DNA of 64,000 bases from an uncultured Chloroflexia bacterium (GCA_963729175.1 CAVSMY010000009.1:158365-222364); one strand, 5' to 3'. Shown: positions 37,483 to 47,647, counted from the stretch's first letter. Numbers and translations: made by a program. Notes: generated from the sequence alone by a model not told the origin.

Positions 37483-38700
37483 ATGAGCCTGTCGTGGCTG
37501 CGCATCTGCGCGACTGGAGAGACCGAGGGCTGCATCCCGGCGGTCCAGGCCGGGTATCTGCTGGCGATCCTCGTCGGGGTCGTCATCCTGATCATCGCCG
37601 CCCGCCGATCGCGGGACCTCTCGACCGCGACCCTCGTCCTGATGGCCTTCGGCATCGCGATCAACGTCGCGGTCGGGTCGATCATCTACGCCCTGCGACT
37701 ACCGATCTACGTCGACTCCATCGGCACCGTCCTGGTCGGCGTCCTGGCCGGCCCGTGGGCGGGCGCGCTCACCGGCATCTTCGCGAACCTCATCTGGTCG
37801 ATCCTGCCGATCCCGGGAGGCGCCGGACCGTTCGCCGCGCTCTTTGCGCCGGTCGCGGCGGTGATCGGACTCCTGGCTGGCTTCTGGGGGGCGCAGGGCG
37901 TCTTCCGGCTGCGCTCGGATGACGTCCGGGTCGGCCGGTTCCTGGCGATCGCACTCGGGGTCGCCGGCGCCGCGGCGGCGTTCCTCATCGTCCAGCAGAC
38001 GGTCGGGATGACGTTCGACCCGAACGACCCCGACAGCCAGACCCGGTTCGTCACCCTCGGGATCGTCATCCTGGTGGTCGGGGTGGTCGTCGCGTGGCTT
38101 TCGAACCGGACGATCTTCTCGTTTGCGCCAGGCGATGAACCGCGGATCCGGCGGTATCTCACCGCAGCGACGGCGATCTTCGCCTTCGGCATCGTGTTCG
38201 CCCTGCTGCGGCTGTTCTTCGCCCCGAACGGCTACTTCTCGACCGTCGACGGCGTCCTCGACGACGGCTCGCCCGACCCATTCCTCGGCGGCGCGAACCT
38301 CACAAGCCTCGCCCTGTCCGACCCCGCCGGACTCATCGCGGTCGCGATCGTCGCGATCCTCATCGGCGTCGGCGCGTGGTGGTGGGCGTCGCGCGGCGAG
38401 AACGCCCGCCTGTTCCCGGTCTGGGTCGGCGGGCTGACGACCGGCTTCGTCGCCGCCGCGATGTCCGCGCCGATCGCCGCGGGCGTGTTCGGCGGCGTGA
38501 CGGGCGGCGGGACCGACGCCCTCGTGGCGCTGTACCGGACGCTCGGGCTCAGCATCTTCCAGTCAGCCTTTGCCCAGGGCCTGACGAGCGACCCGCTCGA
38601 CAAGACGATCAGCTACACGATCGTCTATCTCATCCTCATCGCGGTGCCGATCACCGTCCGGACGATGTTCAGCCGCGGCGAGTCGACCGTCTCCGAATAG
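37483..38700 (+). CDS. ECF-transporter S-component-like membrane protein (unusually long, 405 aa)
   Basis: Multi-TM protein immediately upstream of ecfT and ecfA. RBS GGAGGG. The central region of about 150 aa looks like an insertion between S-component-like halves. Confidence 0.65.
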   Translation: MSLSWLRICATGETEGCIPAVQAGYLLAILVGVVILIIAARRSRDLSTATLVLMAFGIAINVAVGSIIYALRLPIYVDSIGTVLVGVLAGPWAGALTGIFANLIWSILPIPGGAGPFAALFAPVAAVIGLLAGFWGAQGVFRLRSDDVRVGRFLAIALGVAGAAAAFLIVQQTVGMTFDPNDPDSQTRFVTLGIVILVVGVVVAWLSNRTIFSFAPGDEPRIRRYLTAATAIFAFGIVFALLRLFFAPNGYFSTVDGVLDDGSPDPFLGGANLTSLALSDPAGLIAVAIVAILIGVGAWWWASRGENARLFPVWVGGLTTGFVAAAMSAPIAAGVFGGVTGGGTDALVALYRTLGLSIFQSAFAQGLTSDPLDKTISYTIVYLILIAVPITVRTMFSRGESTVSE

Positions 38701-38724
38701 CTCGGACCGGGTCGACACGCGCGG

Positions 38725-39504
38725 ATGGCGTCGCCGGCGACGGGCTGGTTCGAGCCAGGCGATTCGTGGCTCCATCGGCGCGGCCCACTGACGAAGCTGC
38801 TCCTGCTCGGGCTCATCGTCCTTGCGGCGTTCCTCCTTCCGCCGCTCGCGCTGGTGGGCCTGGCGATCCTCGTCGTCATTGCGGCCTGGACCGCGGGCCT
38901 CCTCCCGCAGCTCGCCCGGAGCCTCCGGGTCCCGGTCGTCCTGGTCGCCTCGATCCTCATCGTGAACGCGTTCTTCTTCCCGGGGGCGACCCACGTCATC
39001 GCGAGCATCGGGCCCATCGCCCTGAGCCAGGAGGGTCTGGCGTTCGGGATCTACTCGGCGGCCCGGCTGCTCGTCGCGTTCATCGCCTCGATCCTGTTCC
39101 TCCTCACGACCCTCGCCGACGACCTGCTGGAGTCGTTGATCGCCCGCGGCGTCAGTCACCGACTCGCGTTCGTCGTCCTGTCCGCGGTCCAGCTGGTGCC
39201 CCGCCAGCAGGCCCGCGCGGGCGCGATCCTCGATGCCCAGCAGGCGCGCGGGCTGCCGGTCAGCGGCTCGTTCGGGACTCGTGTCCGGGCCCTCGTCCCG
39301 TTGATCGGCCCGGTCCTGCTCGGGGCGTTGATCGACGTCCGCGAGCGGACGTTCGCCCTCGAGGCACGGGCGTTCGGGGCGCGTCCGGATCGGACGGCTT
39401 ACCGCGTGGTCGCCGACCCGCCGATCGACCGCTGGCTCCGGCTGGCGATCATCTTCGGATACATCGCGGTCGTCGTCGTCGCCGTGAGCGGGGTCGGTCG
39501 GTGA
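38725..39504 (+). CDS. ecfT: energy-coupling factor transporter transmembrane protein (CbiQ/EcfT family)
   Basis: 259 aa. EcfT coupling-helix region ARLLVAFIASILFLLTT...L..RGV...VLSAVQLVP...ILDAQQARG. Confidence 0.85.
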   Translation: MASPATGWFEPGDSWLHRRGPLTKLLLLGLIVLAAFLLPPLALVGLAILVVIAAWTAGLLPQLARSLRVPVVLVASILIVNAFFFPGATHVIASIGPIALSQEGLAFGIYSAARLLVAFIASILFLLTTLADDLLESLIARGVSHRLAFVVLSAVQLVPRQQARAGAILDAQQARGLPVSGSFGTRVRALVPLIGPVLLGALIDVRERTFALEARAFGARPDRTAYRVVADPPIDRWLRLAIIFGYIAVVVVAVSGVGR

Positions 39505-39517
39505 GCGGGGTCGGTCG
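39484..39517. repeat. perfect 17-bp tandem duplication (gtgagcggggtcggtcg x2, plus a partial third copy) at the ecfT/ecfA junction
   Basis: Read directly. Copy 2 supplies both the ecfT stop (TGA 39502-39504) and the ecfA GTG start (39501). Confidence 0.95.
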
Positions 39518-41288
39518 AGTGAGCGCCGCCGTGGAACCGGTCCCAGCCGCCGCCGCGGCGGTCGACGAGCGGGGCCTCCGGATCGCCGATCTCGAGGTCC
39601 GCTACCCCGGTCGCCGCGAGCCGGCCCTCGCCGGCGTCAGCGTCGACGTCGCCCCGGGTTCGATCGTCGGCGCCACCGGCAGGACGGGCGCCGGCACCTC
39701 GACGCTCGGTCTTGTCGCCGCGGGCTTCGTCCCGCGGGTGGTTCGGGCCAAGGTCGGGGGCACGGCCACCGTGGACGGTCTGGCGCTGACGACCTCGACC
39801 GCGGCGGACATCGCCGGGCGGGTCGGGATCGTCTTCTCGACGCCGGCGAACCAGCTCTCGGCGTCCAAGCTCACCGTCCGCGAGGAACTCGCGTTCGGGC
39901 TCGAGAACCTCGGAGTCCCGCGCGCGGAGATGGACGGCCGGATCGACGCGACCCTGGCCCGCCTCGGGATCGGCCACCTCGCCGACCGCGAGCCGTTCAG
40001 CCTGTCGGGCGGCGAGCAGCAGCGGGTCGCGATCGCGAGCATCGTCGTGATGGGTCCCGGGACGCTCGTCGTCGACGAGCCGACGGCGCAGCTCGACCCG
40101 GCCGGGACGCGGACGGTCGCCGACCTCCTCGTCGCAGAGGCGAGAGCCGGTCGAGCCGTCCTGGCGATCGAGCAGGACCCGGTCGTGCTCGGGCGGACGG
40201 CTGCCTGCCTCGTCCTCGACGCGGGCCGACCGGTCGCGTTCGACACGCCGGGGCGCGCGCTCGGGTCGGCCGTCCTCGGACCGCTCGGGCTTCGGCCATC
40301 GAGCCTCATCCGGCTCGCCGAGATCGCGGGCGTGTCCCCCGAGCTGGCATTCGACGAAGCCGCGGTCGCCGAGGCGCTCGGACGATCCGGCACGACCGTG
40401 CGGCGACCCGCGCGGATCGTCGCCGATGCGCCGACGCCGTGGTCGCCGCTCCCGCCCGAGAGCCAGGCTCGGATCGAGCTCGATGGCGTGACCTTCACCT
40501 ACCCGAGCGGCACGACTGCCCTGCGCGGCATCGACCTGACGATCGAGCCCGGCCAGGCCGTCGCGATCATCGGCCAGAACGGCTCCGGCAAGACGACCCT
40601 CGCGAAGCACCTCGACGGCCTGCTCCGGCCGACGACCGGCGCCGTCAGGGTCGGTGGACTCGACCTCGCGGGTCGCCCGGTCCACGAGATCGCCGCCACC
40701 GTCGGGTTCGTCTTCCAGGACCCCGACGACCAGCTGTTCGACCGCTCGGTCGAGCGGGAGATCGCCTTCGGCCCGCGGAACCTCGGACTGTCCGGCGCGG
40801 CGCTCACGGAGCGCATCGAGCGTGCGCTCACCCTGACCGGCCTGACCGGCGTCCGCGGCGACAACCCATACGACCTGGGCCTGTCGGTCCGCAAGCTCGT
40901 TGCGCTGACGAGCGTCCTGGCGATGGAGCCGCCGGTCCTCGTCCTCGACGAGCCGACGACCGGCCAGGACGGCCCGGGCGTCAAGCGGGTCGGCGCGATC
41001 GTCGACGCCGCGCGGGCCAGTGGCCGGACCGTCGTCGCGATCACCCACGACATGGAGTTCGCGGCGGAGCACTTCGGTCGGATCGTCGTCATGCGCTCGG
41101 GGGAGGTCGTCGCCGACGGCGCCCCGGACGCGGTCTTCGCGCCCGCCATGGCGGACCTCCTCGCGACGACCGGGCTCGAGCCGCCGCTCGCCGCCCGCAT
41201 CGGCGCTCGCCTCGGGCTCGGCTCGACCCCCACCGAGGCGGCCCTCCTCGGCGCCCTCGGCGCCCTCGGCGCCCTCGGCGCAGGCTGA
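39501..41288 (+). CDS. ecfA: duplicated ABC ATPase (EcfA-EcfA' fusion)
   Basis: NBD1 has Walker A GRTGAGTST (Lys replaced), signature LSGGEQQR and Walker B LVVDEPT. NBD2 has Walker A GQNGSGKTT, degenerate signature LSVRKL and Walker B LVLDEPT. Confidence 0.9.
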   Translation: MSGVGRVSAAVEPVPAAAAAVDERGLRIADLEVRYPGRREPALAGVSVDVAPGSIVGATGRTGAGTSTLGLVAAGFVPRVVRAKVGGTATVDGLALTTSTAADIAGRVGIVFSTPANQLSASKLTVREELAFGLENLGVPRAEMDGRIDATLARLGIGHLADREPFSLSGGEQQRVAIASIVVMGPGTLVVDEPTAQLDPAGTRTVADLLVAEARAGRAVLAIEQDPVVLGRTAACLVLDAGRPVAFDTPGRALGSAVLGPLGLRPSSLIRLAEIAGVSPELAFDEAAVAEALGRSGTTVRRPARIVADAPTPWSPLPPESQARIELDGVTFTYPSGTTALRGIDLTIEPGQAVAIIGQNGSGKTTLAKHLDGLLRPTTGAVRVGGLDLAGRPVHEIAATVGFVFQDPDDQLFDRSVEREIAFGPRNLGLSGAALTERIERALTLTGLTGVRGDNPYDLGLSVRKLVALTSVLAMEPPVLVLDEPTTGQDGPGVKRVGAIVDAARASGRTVVAITHDMEFAAEHFGRIVVMRSGEVVADGAPDAVFAPAMADLLATTGLEPPLAARIGARLGLGSTPTEAALLGALGALGALGAG

Positions 41289-41311
41289 CGCAGGCTGACG
41301 AGCGCACATCC

Positions 41312-41557
41312 GCACCAGCGACGCGCCCAGGCGTTCCGCGCGGTCGTCTCTGGCACGACGCACGGATCCCGTGCGAGTGAACGCACGTGGTCATCGGACG
41401 GTTCTGAAAAGCCACCGTCGTGCCCCGGATCGCACGCCGGGCGTGCAACCGGTCGCATGAAAGGCGCCGTCAGCGCCGACGTGTGCCCACACGCACGCCG
41501 AACGTGCGTCGCGACAGGGACTGCGGCTGGCAGCACCAGCGACGCGCCCAGGCGTTC
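41312..41557. repeat. 25-bp perfect direct repeat (gcaccagcgacgcgcccaggcgttc) at 41312-41336 and 41533-41557, flanking a hairpin-rich spacer upstream of xfp
   Basis: Read directly. Several 6-7 bp stems lie between the copies, e.g. cgcacgg-atc-ccgtgcg (41359-41375) and cgcacg-N5-cgtgcg (41501-41517). Confidence 0.8.
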
Positions 41558-41623
41558 ATGTCCCGTTGACATCGGCCGGGTATCGTCGGACCGACGCAGT
41601 GCCGATCCCGTGAGGATGTCCCG

Positions 41624-44023
41624 ATGACCCTGACCACGATCCCTGTCCCGATCCAGGATGCCCGACCCCTCGACGACGAGGAGCTCCACCGGATCGACGC
41701 GTACTGGCGCGCCGCGAACTACCTATCGGTCGGCCAGATCTACCTGCTCGACAACCCGCTACTCCGCGACCCGCTGGCAGCCGAGCACTGCAAGCCGCGC
41801 CTGCTCGGCCACTGGGGCACCACGCCCGGGCTCAACCTCATCTACGCCCACATGAACCGGGTCATCCGGGCCCGTGACCTCGACTCGATCTACGTCATCG
41901 GGCCCGGTCATGGCGGCCCGGCGATCGTCGCCAACGCCTATCTCGAAGGGACGTACAGCGAGGTCTACCCGGCGATCACCCGCGACGAGACCGGGATGCG
42001 CAAGCTATTCCGGCAGTTCTCGTTCCCGGGAGGCATCCCGAGCCACGTCGCGCCGGAGACCCCAGGCTCGATCCACGAGGGTGGCGAGCTCGGCTACGCG
42101 CTCTCGCACGCCTACGGCGCGGCCTTCGACCACAAGGACCTGCTCGTCTGCTGCGTCGTCGGCGACGGCGAGGCGGAGACCGGACCTCTCGCGACCGCCT
42201 GGCATTCGAACAAGTTCCTCGACCCGACCCACGACGGTGCCGTGCTGCCGATCCTCCATCTCAACGGCTACAAGATCGCGAACCCCACCGTGCTGGCCCG
42301 CATCCCCGAGTCGGAGCTGCGCTCGCTCATGGAGGGCTACGGCTACCAGCCGTTCTTCGTGTCCGGCGACGATCCGGCCGTCGTCCACCAGCAGCTGGCG
42401 GCGACGCTCGACGCGGTCCTCGACGAGATCGCCGGGATCCAGGAGGCCGCGAGGGGCCACGGCGTCACCGAGCGACCTCGCTGGCCGATGATCGTCCTCC
42501 GAACGCCCAAGGGCTGGACCGGTCCGAAGGAGGTCGACGGGCTGCCGGTCGAGAACACCTGGCGCAGCCACCAGGTCCCGATGGCCGAGGTCCGGACGAA
42601 CGAGAACCACCGCGCGATCCTCGAGGGGTGGCTGCGGAGCTATCGGCCGGCCGAGCTGTTCGACGACCAGGGGACGCTGATCCCGGAGCTCGCCGCCCTC
42701 GCGCCGGTGGGCCAGCGCCGGATGAGCGCGAACCCCGTGGCGAACGGCGGCGTGCTCCTCCGCGACCTCCACCTGCCCGACTTCCGAGAGTACGCCGTCG
42801 ACGTCCCGGCGCCCGGCGCCGTCACGGCCGAGGCGACCCGAGTCCTCGGGACGTGGATCCGCGACGTCGTCGACCGGAACCGCGAGACGTTCCGGGTCTT
42901 CGGGCCCGACGAGACGGAGTCGAACCGCCTCGGCGCGGTGTTCGAGGTGACCGGCCGAGCCTGGAACGCCGAGACCCTCCCGACCGACGTGGGCCTGGCC
43001 CGCGACGGGCGGGTGATGGAGGTCCTCTCGGAGCACCAGTGCCAGGGCTGGCTCGAGGGCTACCTGCTGACCGGCCGGCACGGCATCTTCGACTGCTACG
43101 AGGCCTTCATCCACATCGTCGATTCGATGTTCAACCAGCACGCGAAGTGGCTGAAGGTCACCCGGGAGATCCCCTGGCGGCGACCGATCGCGTCGCTGAA
43201 CTACCTGCTGTCGTCCCTGGTCTGGCGCCAGGACCATAACGGCTTCAGCCACCAGGACCCGGGCTTCATCGACCACGTCGTGAACAAGAAGTCGGACGTC
43301 ATCCGGGTCTATCTGCCGCCTGACGCGAACACCCTCCTGTCGGTCGCCGACCACTGCCTCCGGAGCCGTGACTACGTCAACGTCATCGTCGCCGGCAAGC
43401 AGCCGGCACCGCAGTGGCTCTCGATGGAGGAGGCGATCCTCCACTGCACCCGCGGCATCGGGATCTGGGAGTTCGCGAGCAACGACGATGGCGACCCGGA
43501 CGTCGTCCTCGGCTGTGCCGGAGACATCCCGACGCTCGAGACGCTGGCCGCGGTCAGCCTCATCCGCGAGCATCTGCCGGAGCTGCGCGTCCGGGTCATC
43601 AACGTCGTCGACCTGATGCGGCTCCAGTCGAACCGCGAGCATCCGCACGGCCTCTCGGGCGCCGAGTTCGACGCCCTGTTCACGGCGGACAAGCCGGTGA
43701 TCTTCGCGTACCACGGCTACCCGTGGCTCATCCACCGGTTGACCTACCACCGCACGAACCACGCGAACATCCACGTCCGGGGCTACAAGGAGGAGGGCAC
43801 GACCACGACGCCGTTCGACATGGTCATGCTGAACGATCTCGATCGGTTCCATCTCGTGCTCGACGTGATCGACCGGGTCCCGGGTCTCGGCCAGAAGGCC
43901 GCCAGCGTCCGCCAGCTGATGGTCGACCGGCGACTCCAGGCTCGGGCCTACACCCGCCTCGAGGGCGAGGACGAGCCGTCGATCCGAGACTGGGCCTGGC
44001 CGAATCCTCGGGTGGATGGCTAG
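41624..44023 (+). CDS. xfp: xylulose-5-phosphate/fructose-6-phosphate phosphoketolase
   Basis: 799-aa intact ORF. Signatures [17 protein letters not shown] and [10 protein letters not shown]. Confidence 0.95.
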   Translation: MTLTTIPVPIQDARPLDDEELHRIDAYWRAANYLSVGQIYLLDNPLLRDPLAAEHCKPRLLGHWGTTPGLNLIYAHMNRVIRARDLDSIYVIGPGHGGPAIVANAYLEGTYSEVYPAITRDETGMRKLFRQFSFPGGIPSHVAPETPGSIHEGGELGYALSHAYGAAFDHKDLLVCCVVGDGEAETGPLATAWHSNKFLDPTHDGAVLPILHLNGYKIANPTVLARIPESELRSLMEGYGYQPFFVSGDDPAVVHQQLAATLDAVLDEIAGIQEAARGHGVTERPRWPMIVLRTPKGWTGPKEVDGLPVENTWRSHQVPMAEVRTNENHRAILEGWLRSYRPAELFDDQGTLIPELAALAPVGQRRMSANPVANGGVLLRDLHLPDFREYAVDVPAPGAVTAEATRVLGTWIRDVVDRNRETFRVFGPDETESNRLGAVFEVTGRAWNAETLPTDVGLARDGRVMEVLSEHQCQGWLEGYLLTGRHGIFDCYEAFIHIVDSMFNQHAKWLKVTREIPWRRPIASLNYLLSSLVWRQDHNGFSHQDPGFIDHVVNKKSDVIRVYLPPDANTLLSVADHCLRSRDYVNVIVAGKQPAPQWLSMEEAILHCTRGIGIWEFASNDDGDPDVVLGCAGDIPTLETLAAVSLIREHLPELRVRVINVVDLMRLQSNREHPHGLSGAEFDALFTADKPVIFAYHGYPWLIHRLTYHRTNHANIHVRGYKEEGTTTTPFDMVMLNDLDRFHLVLDVIDRVPGLGQKAASVRQLMVDRRLQARAYTRLEGEDEPSIRDWAWPNPRVDG

Positions 44024-45186
44024 CGGAGCGTCGCCTCCACCCTCGGAGGGCACTGACGCACTCGACGGGCCGGTCGGCCGTCAGCGCGCGCAGCGGATCC
44101 TCGTCGTCAACGCGGGCTCGAGCAGCCTCAAGCTCCGGGTCCTGGACGAGGCCGATGCGGTCGTCGGCGAGGCCGACCTCGGTCCGATCGACGAGAGCGC
44201 ATCGACCGACGAGCTCGCGCGGACGATCGCGCGGCTCGGGTCCGTCGACGCCGTGGGCCATCGGATCGTCCACGGCGGGACGCGGTTTCGCGGCCCGGTC
44301 GTGGTGGACCCGGAGGTCGTCAGGGCACTCGACCAGCTGACCGAGCTCGCACCGCTCCATCAGCCGAAGTCGCTGGCCGGGCTCTCTGCCGTCGGTGCCG
44401 TCCTGCCGGATGTCGCCGACCGTCGCGTGCTTCGACACCGCCTTCCACGCGACGATCCCGGAGGCCGCGGCGACGTACGCGCTGCCGGCGGCCTGGCGCG
44501 AGCGCTGGGATCTCCGACGGTTCGGATTCCACGGGCTGTCGCATGCGTATGTCGCGCGACGGACCGCGGAGCTCCTCGGACGCTCGGCGGACGGGCTCCG
44601 GATCGTGTCCTGCCACCTCGGTGCCGGTGCCTCGCTGGCGGCCATCATCGACGGCCGATCCGTCGACACGACGATGGGCTTCACGCCGCTCGAGGGGTTG
44701 GTCATGGCGACCCGCTCGGGCTCGGTCGATCCGGGTCTCGTGGTCTGGCTCGCGACCACTGGCGGTATCGCGCCCGACGAGCTCGGCGAGGGGCTCGAGC
44801 GTCGATCGGGGCTGTTTGGGCTCGCGGGCACCGCGGACATGCGCGAAGTCGTCGCCCGCGCGGCGGCGGGCGACCCGGATGCCGTCCTCGCGCGAGACGT
44901 CTACGTCCACCGGCTTCGGTCGTCGATCGCCGCGATGACGGCGTCGCTCGGTGGGCTCGACGCCCTCGTGTTCACCGGCGGGGTCGGCGAGCGATCGGCG
45001 GAGATCCGTTCCGGAGCGGCAGGCGGGCTCGCCTTCCTCGGGGTCGCCCTCGATCCCGAGGCGAACGCGGACGATCCGCCCGATCGCGAGATCGGCGCTC
45101 CGGGTGCCGCCGTCCGGACCCTCGTCATCGCCGCCCGCGAAGACCTCGAGATCGCCGCCCAGGTCCGGAGCGTGCTCGGCGACTGA
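44016..45186 (+). pseudogene. ackA: acetate kinase, frame broken at about 44412-44417
   Basis: ILVVNAGSSSLKLRV...APLHQPKSLAGL...LPDV is in frame 0. TVACFDTAFHATIPE...FGFHGLSH...MGFTPLEGL... is in frame +1. Confidence 0.9.
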
Positions 45187-45216
45187 CCGTGTCTGCCCTG
45201 TTCGCCGCCACGACCC

Positions 45217-45840
45217 CTATCCGCGATCCGCCCCGCGGGTGGATGCGGTGGTATGCATACTCACCGCGCCGACACGGACATCTCCGGTCGCGGGGGTTGG
45301 CGGAGGTGGCTCGCAGCGGGCTTGGCAGAAGTCGACGGAGAGCCGACAGACTCGACGGAACGCGGGATCGCCGGGCTGGGGAGCGGGGTCCCACCGCTGG
45401 GAGAGATGTTCCAGGGCGGCGACCCGCAAGAGATACGCGTTGCCCGGTCCGCTGCACCAGGCGACCTCCGCATCCGTCACCGATGGCGCCCAGGCGAAGA
45501 GCCACCACCCGACGACGGCTACGAAGGCCGCGATGATCACGGCGGCGAGGACCATCACCGACTGGCGGGCCCGCCTTCCGTAAGGTCCTGCCACTGGTGA
45601 CGGCCGGATGATCCCGGGCGACCCAGCAAGCGTCCGCGCGCGATCGCGGATGGCATCGGAAATGATCGGATCCTCGAGATCGCGCGTGTCGCGGATCCGC
45701 CTCCGGATCCCACCCGGGACCTCGAGCTCGATCGGCGGACCATGTCTGACCACGAGGACGACGCCCTTGCCGAAGACCTCCCAGACCGTGGACGACGGGT
45801 CCGATCGTGCACTCACGGCAGGGACGAGGCCGATCACCAT
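45217..45840 (-). CDS. hypothetical protein with one central TM helix
   Basis: 207-aa ORF with acceptable GC3 bias. TM helix VMVLAAVIIAAFVAVVGWWLF. An upstream fragment (about 45890-46008) may belong to the same frame-broken gene. No family recognised. Confidence 0.4.
   Translation of the reverse strand: MVIGLVPAVSARSDPSSTVWEVFGKGVVLVVRHGPPIELEVPGGIRRRIRDTRDLEDPIISDAIRDRARTLAGSPGIIRPSPVAGPYGRRARQSVMVLAAVIIAAFVAVVGWWLFAWAPSVTDAEVAWCSGPGNAYLLRVAALEHLSQRWDPAPQPGDPAFRRVCRLSVDFCQARCEPPPPTPATGDVRVGAVSMHTTASTRGADRG
45226..45244. terminator. 8-bp stem / 3-nt loop hairpin between the convergent ackA and 45217-45840 genes
   Basis: atccgccc-cgc-gggtggat (one G-U pair). No U-tract, so the call is only tentative. 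Confidence 0.25.
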
Positions 45841-46066
45841 CTGAGCGGATCCCGCTGAGGATCGCGGCGTTGTCGCGGTCGGTCGGTCTAGCCGTCATCG
45901 ACCCACCATGCGCCTGCCACCGAAGGTACAGGACGATCGCGGCGACGACGTGTCGACCAGCCTCGAGGCCGCCCTGTCGGAGCCACCACCCGACCGCCCT
46001 GTGCATCATCCCACCGCCTGACGGCCGGCTTGACCGGCGACCGGCGCTCTGCCACGGTGTCCCCGC

Positions 46067-47647
46067 GTGCGCCACCGAGATCGACGACCCACGCCGACCA
46101 CGCCCCGAGCGCTTCGGCTGGCCGGCCTCACGCTCGCGCTCGTGCTCGTGGCCGCGTGCGCGGACAGCCCGACACCATCTTTCAGCGCCTCACCGCCATC
46201 TCCCGGCAGCGGCGCCTCCGCGTCGACGCCGGCCTCCCCGTCGGCCGCGACCGGCTCTGCATCCCCGGCCACGGTCGCCCCGGTCCGCTGGTCCGACTGC
46301 GGCGCCGGCGCCCAATGCGGGACCGTGCCGGTGCCCATCGACCGCACCGGCGCCGTCCCCGGGACGATCCAGATCGCGTTGATCCGGCTGCCCGCGACCG
46401 AGCCGTCGAAGCGGATCGGCTCGCTCCTCGTCAACCCGGGCGGTCCGGGCGGGTCCGGCGTCGAGCTCGTGAAGGATGCCGGGACCCAGCTGTTCTCGAA
46501 GGAGCTCCGCGCCCGGTTCGACATCATCGGGTTCGATCCGCGCGGCGTGAACGCCAGCGCGCCGATCCGGTGCGTCGACGACCTCGACCACTTCCTCGCC
46601 CTGGACAGCACGCCCGACACGGACCGCGAGTGGACGACGCTCCTGGCCGGCGAGCAGGACTTCGCCGACGGCTGCGCCCGGCGGAACGGCCCGCTCCTCG
46701 CGCATGTCGGGACGGCCGACGTCGTCGAGGATCTGGACACCATCCGGGCGGCCCTCGGCGACGCCAAGATCACCTACATCGGGTTCTCGTACGGGACCCT
46801 GATCGGCGCGCTGTACGCCCAGATGCACCCCGATCGGATCCGGGCGCTGGCTCTCGACGGCGCGGTCGATCCGACCCTCGACGAGCCGTCGTTCCGGCAC
46901 GCCGAGGCGATCGCCTTCGAGGCCTCGTTCGACCGCTTTCTCGCCGCCTGCGCCTCCTCGCCGCGGTGCGTGTTCCGGCATGACGGCCATCCCGGACCGG
47001 CGTTCGACGCACTGATGGCCCGGATCGAGGAGACGCCCCTCGAGAACCGGATCGACCCGCGCCGGCTGGTCGGGCCGTCGCTCGCCTGGAGCGCGGTCGC
47101 GAGCGCGATGTACGACGAGCGGGTCTGGCCGGTCCTGGAGGCCGCGCTCGCCCAGGCCGAGCGGGGCGACGGGACCCTCCTGCTCGCGATGTCGGACCCC
47201 TTCCAGGGCCGCAAGTCGAACGGGGCGTACTCGAACCTCGTCGATGCCAACGCGGCGGTCATCTGCCTCGACTTCCCGGGCCCATCGACCGTCGATGGCT
47301 ACCGCGACCGCGTGGCCTCGTGGCAGAAGGACGCCCCGCGCTTCGGCGCCCTCCTCGCCCTGACCGACCTCGGCTGTGCCGACTGGCCGATCAAGCCCGA
47401 CCGGGTCCCGGCGGCGGTGTCCGCGCCGGGCTCGCCGCCGATCGTCGTCGTCGGGACGAAGGGCGATCCGGCGACGCCATATGCCTGGGCCCAGGCGCTC
47501 CACCGGCAGCTGACCTCGAGCGACCTCGTCACCTTCGCCGGTGGCGGCCACACCGCATACGGGCGCAGCACCTGCGTGACCGATGCGGTCGACGCCTACC
47601 TGCTCGAGCTCACGACGCCGAAGGCCGGGCTCGTCTGCGAGGACTGA
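46067..47647 (+). CDS. secreted alpha/beta-hydrolase lipoprotein (tripeptidyl-aminopeptidase-like)
   Basis: Signal peptide with lipobox LVLVAAC. GFSYGT nucleophile elbow. C-terminal TAP-like region ...GDPATPY... Confidence 0.85.
   Translation: MRHRDRRPTPTTPRALRLAGLTLALVLVAACADSPTPSFSASPPSPGSGASASTPASPSAATGSASPATVAPVRWSDCGAGAQCGTVPVPIDRTGAVPGTIQIALIRLPATEPSKRIGSLLVNPGGPGGSGVELVKDAGTQLFSKELRARFDIIGFDPRGVNASAPIRCVDDLDHFLALDSTPDTDREWTTLLAGEQDFADGCARRNGPLLAHVGTADVVEDLDTIRAALGDAKITYIGFSYGTLIGALYAQMHPDRIRALALDGAVDPTLDEPSFRHAEAIAFEASFDRFLAACASSPRCVFRHDGHPGPAFDALMARIEETPLENRIDPRRLVGPSLAWSAVASAMYDERVWPVLEAALAQAERGDGTLLLAMSDPFQGRKSNGAYSNLVDANAAVICLDFPGPSTVDGYRDRVASWQKDAPRFGALLALTDLGCADWPIKPDRVPAAVSAPGSPPIVVVGTKGDPATPYAWAQALHRQLTSSDLVTFAGGGHTAYGRSTCVTDAVDAYLLELTTPKAGLVCED

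Noticed and set aside
41312-41557. Mobile element (MITE/IS) bounded by the 25-bp repeats
   Set aside because: The repeats are direct, not inverted. The enclosed 196 bp encodes no transposase. No target-site duplication pattern is evident, and no integrase or transposase occurs anywhere in the window.
41457-41627. 56-codon upstream ORF ending in an ATGA overlap with xfp
   Set aside because: It is Arg-rich, contains rare codons, and has no convincing RBS or family resemblance. It is mentioned only as a possibility in the leader finding.
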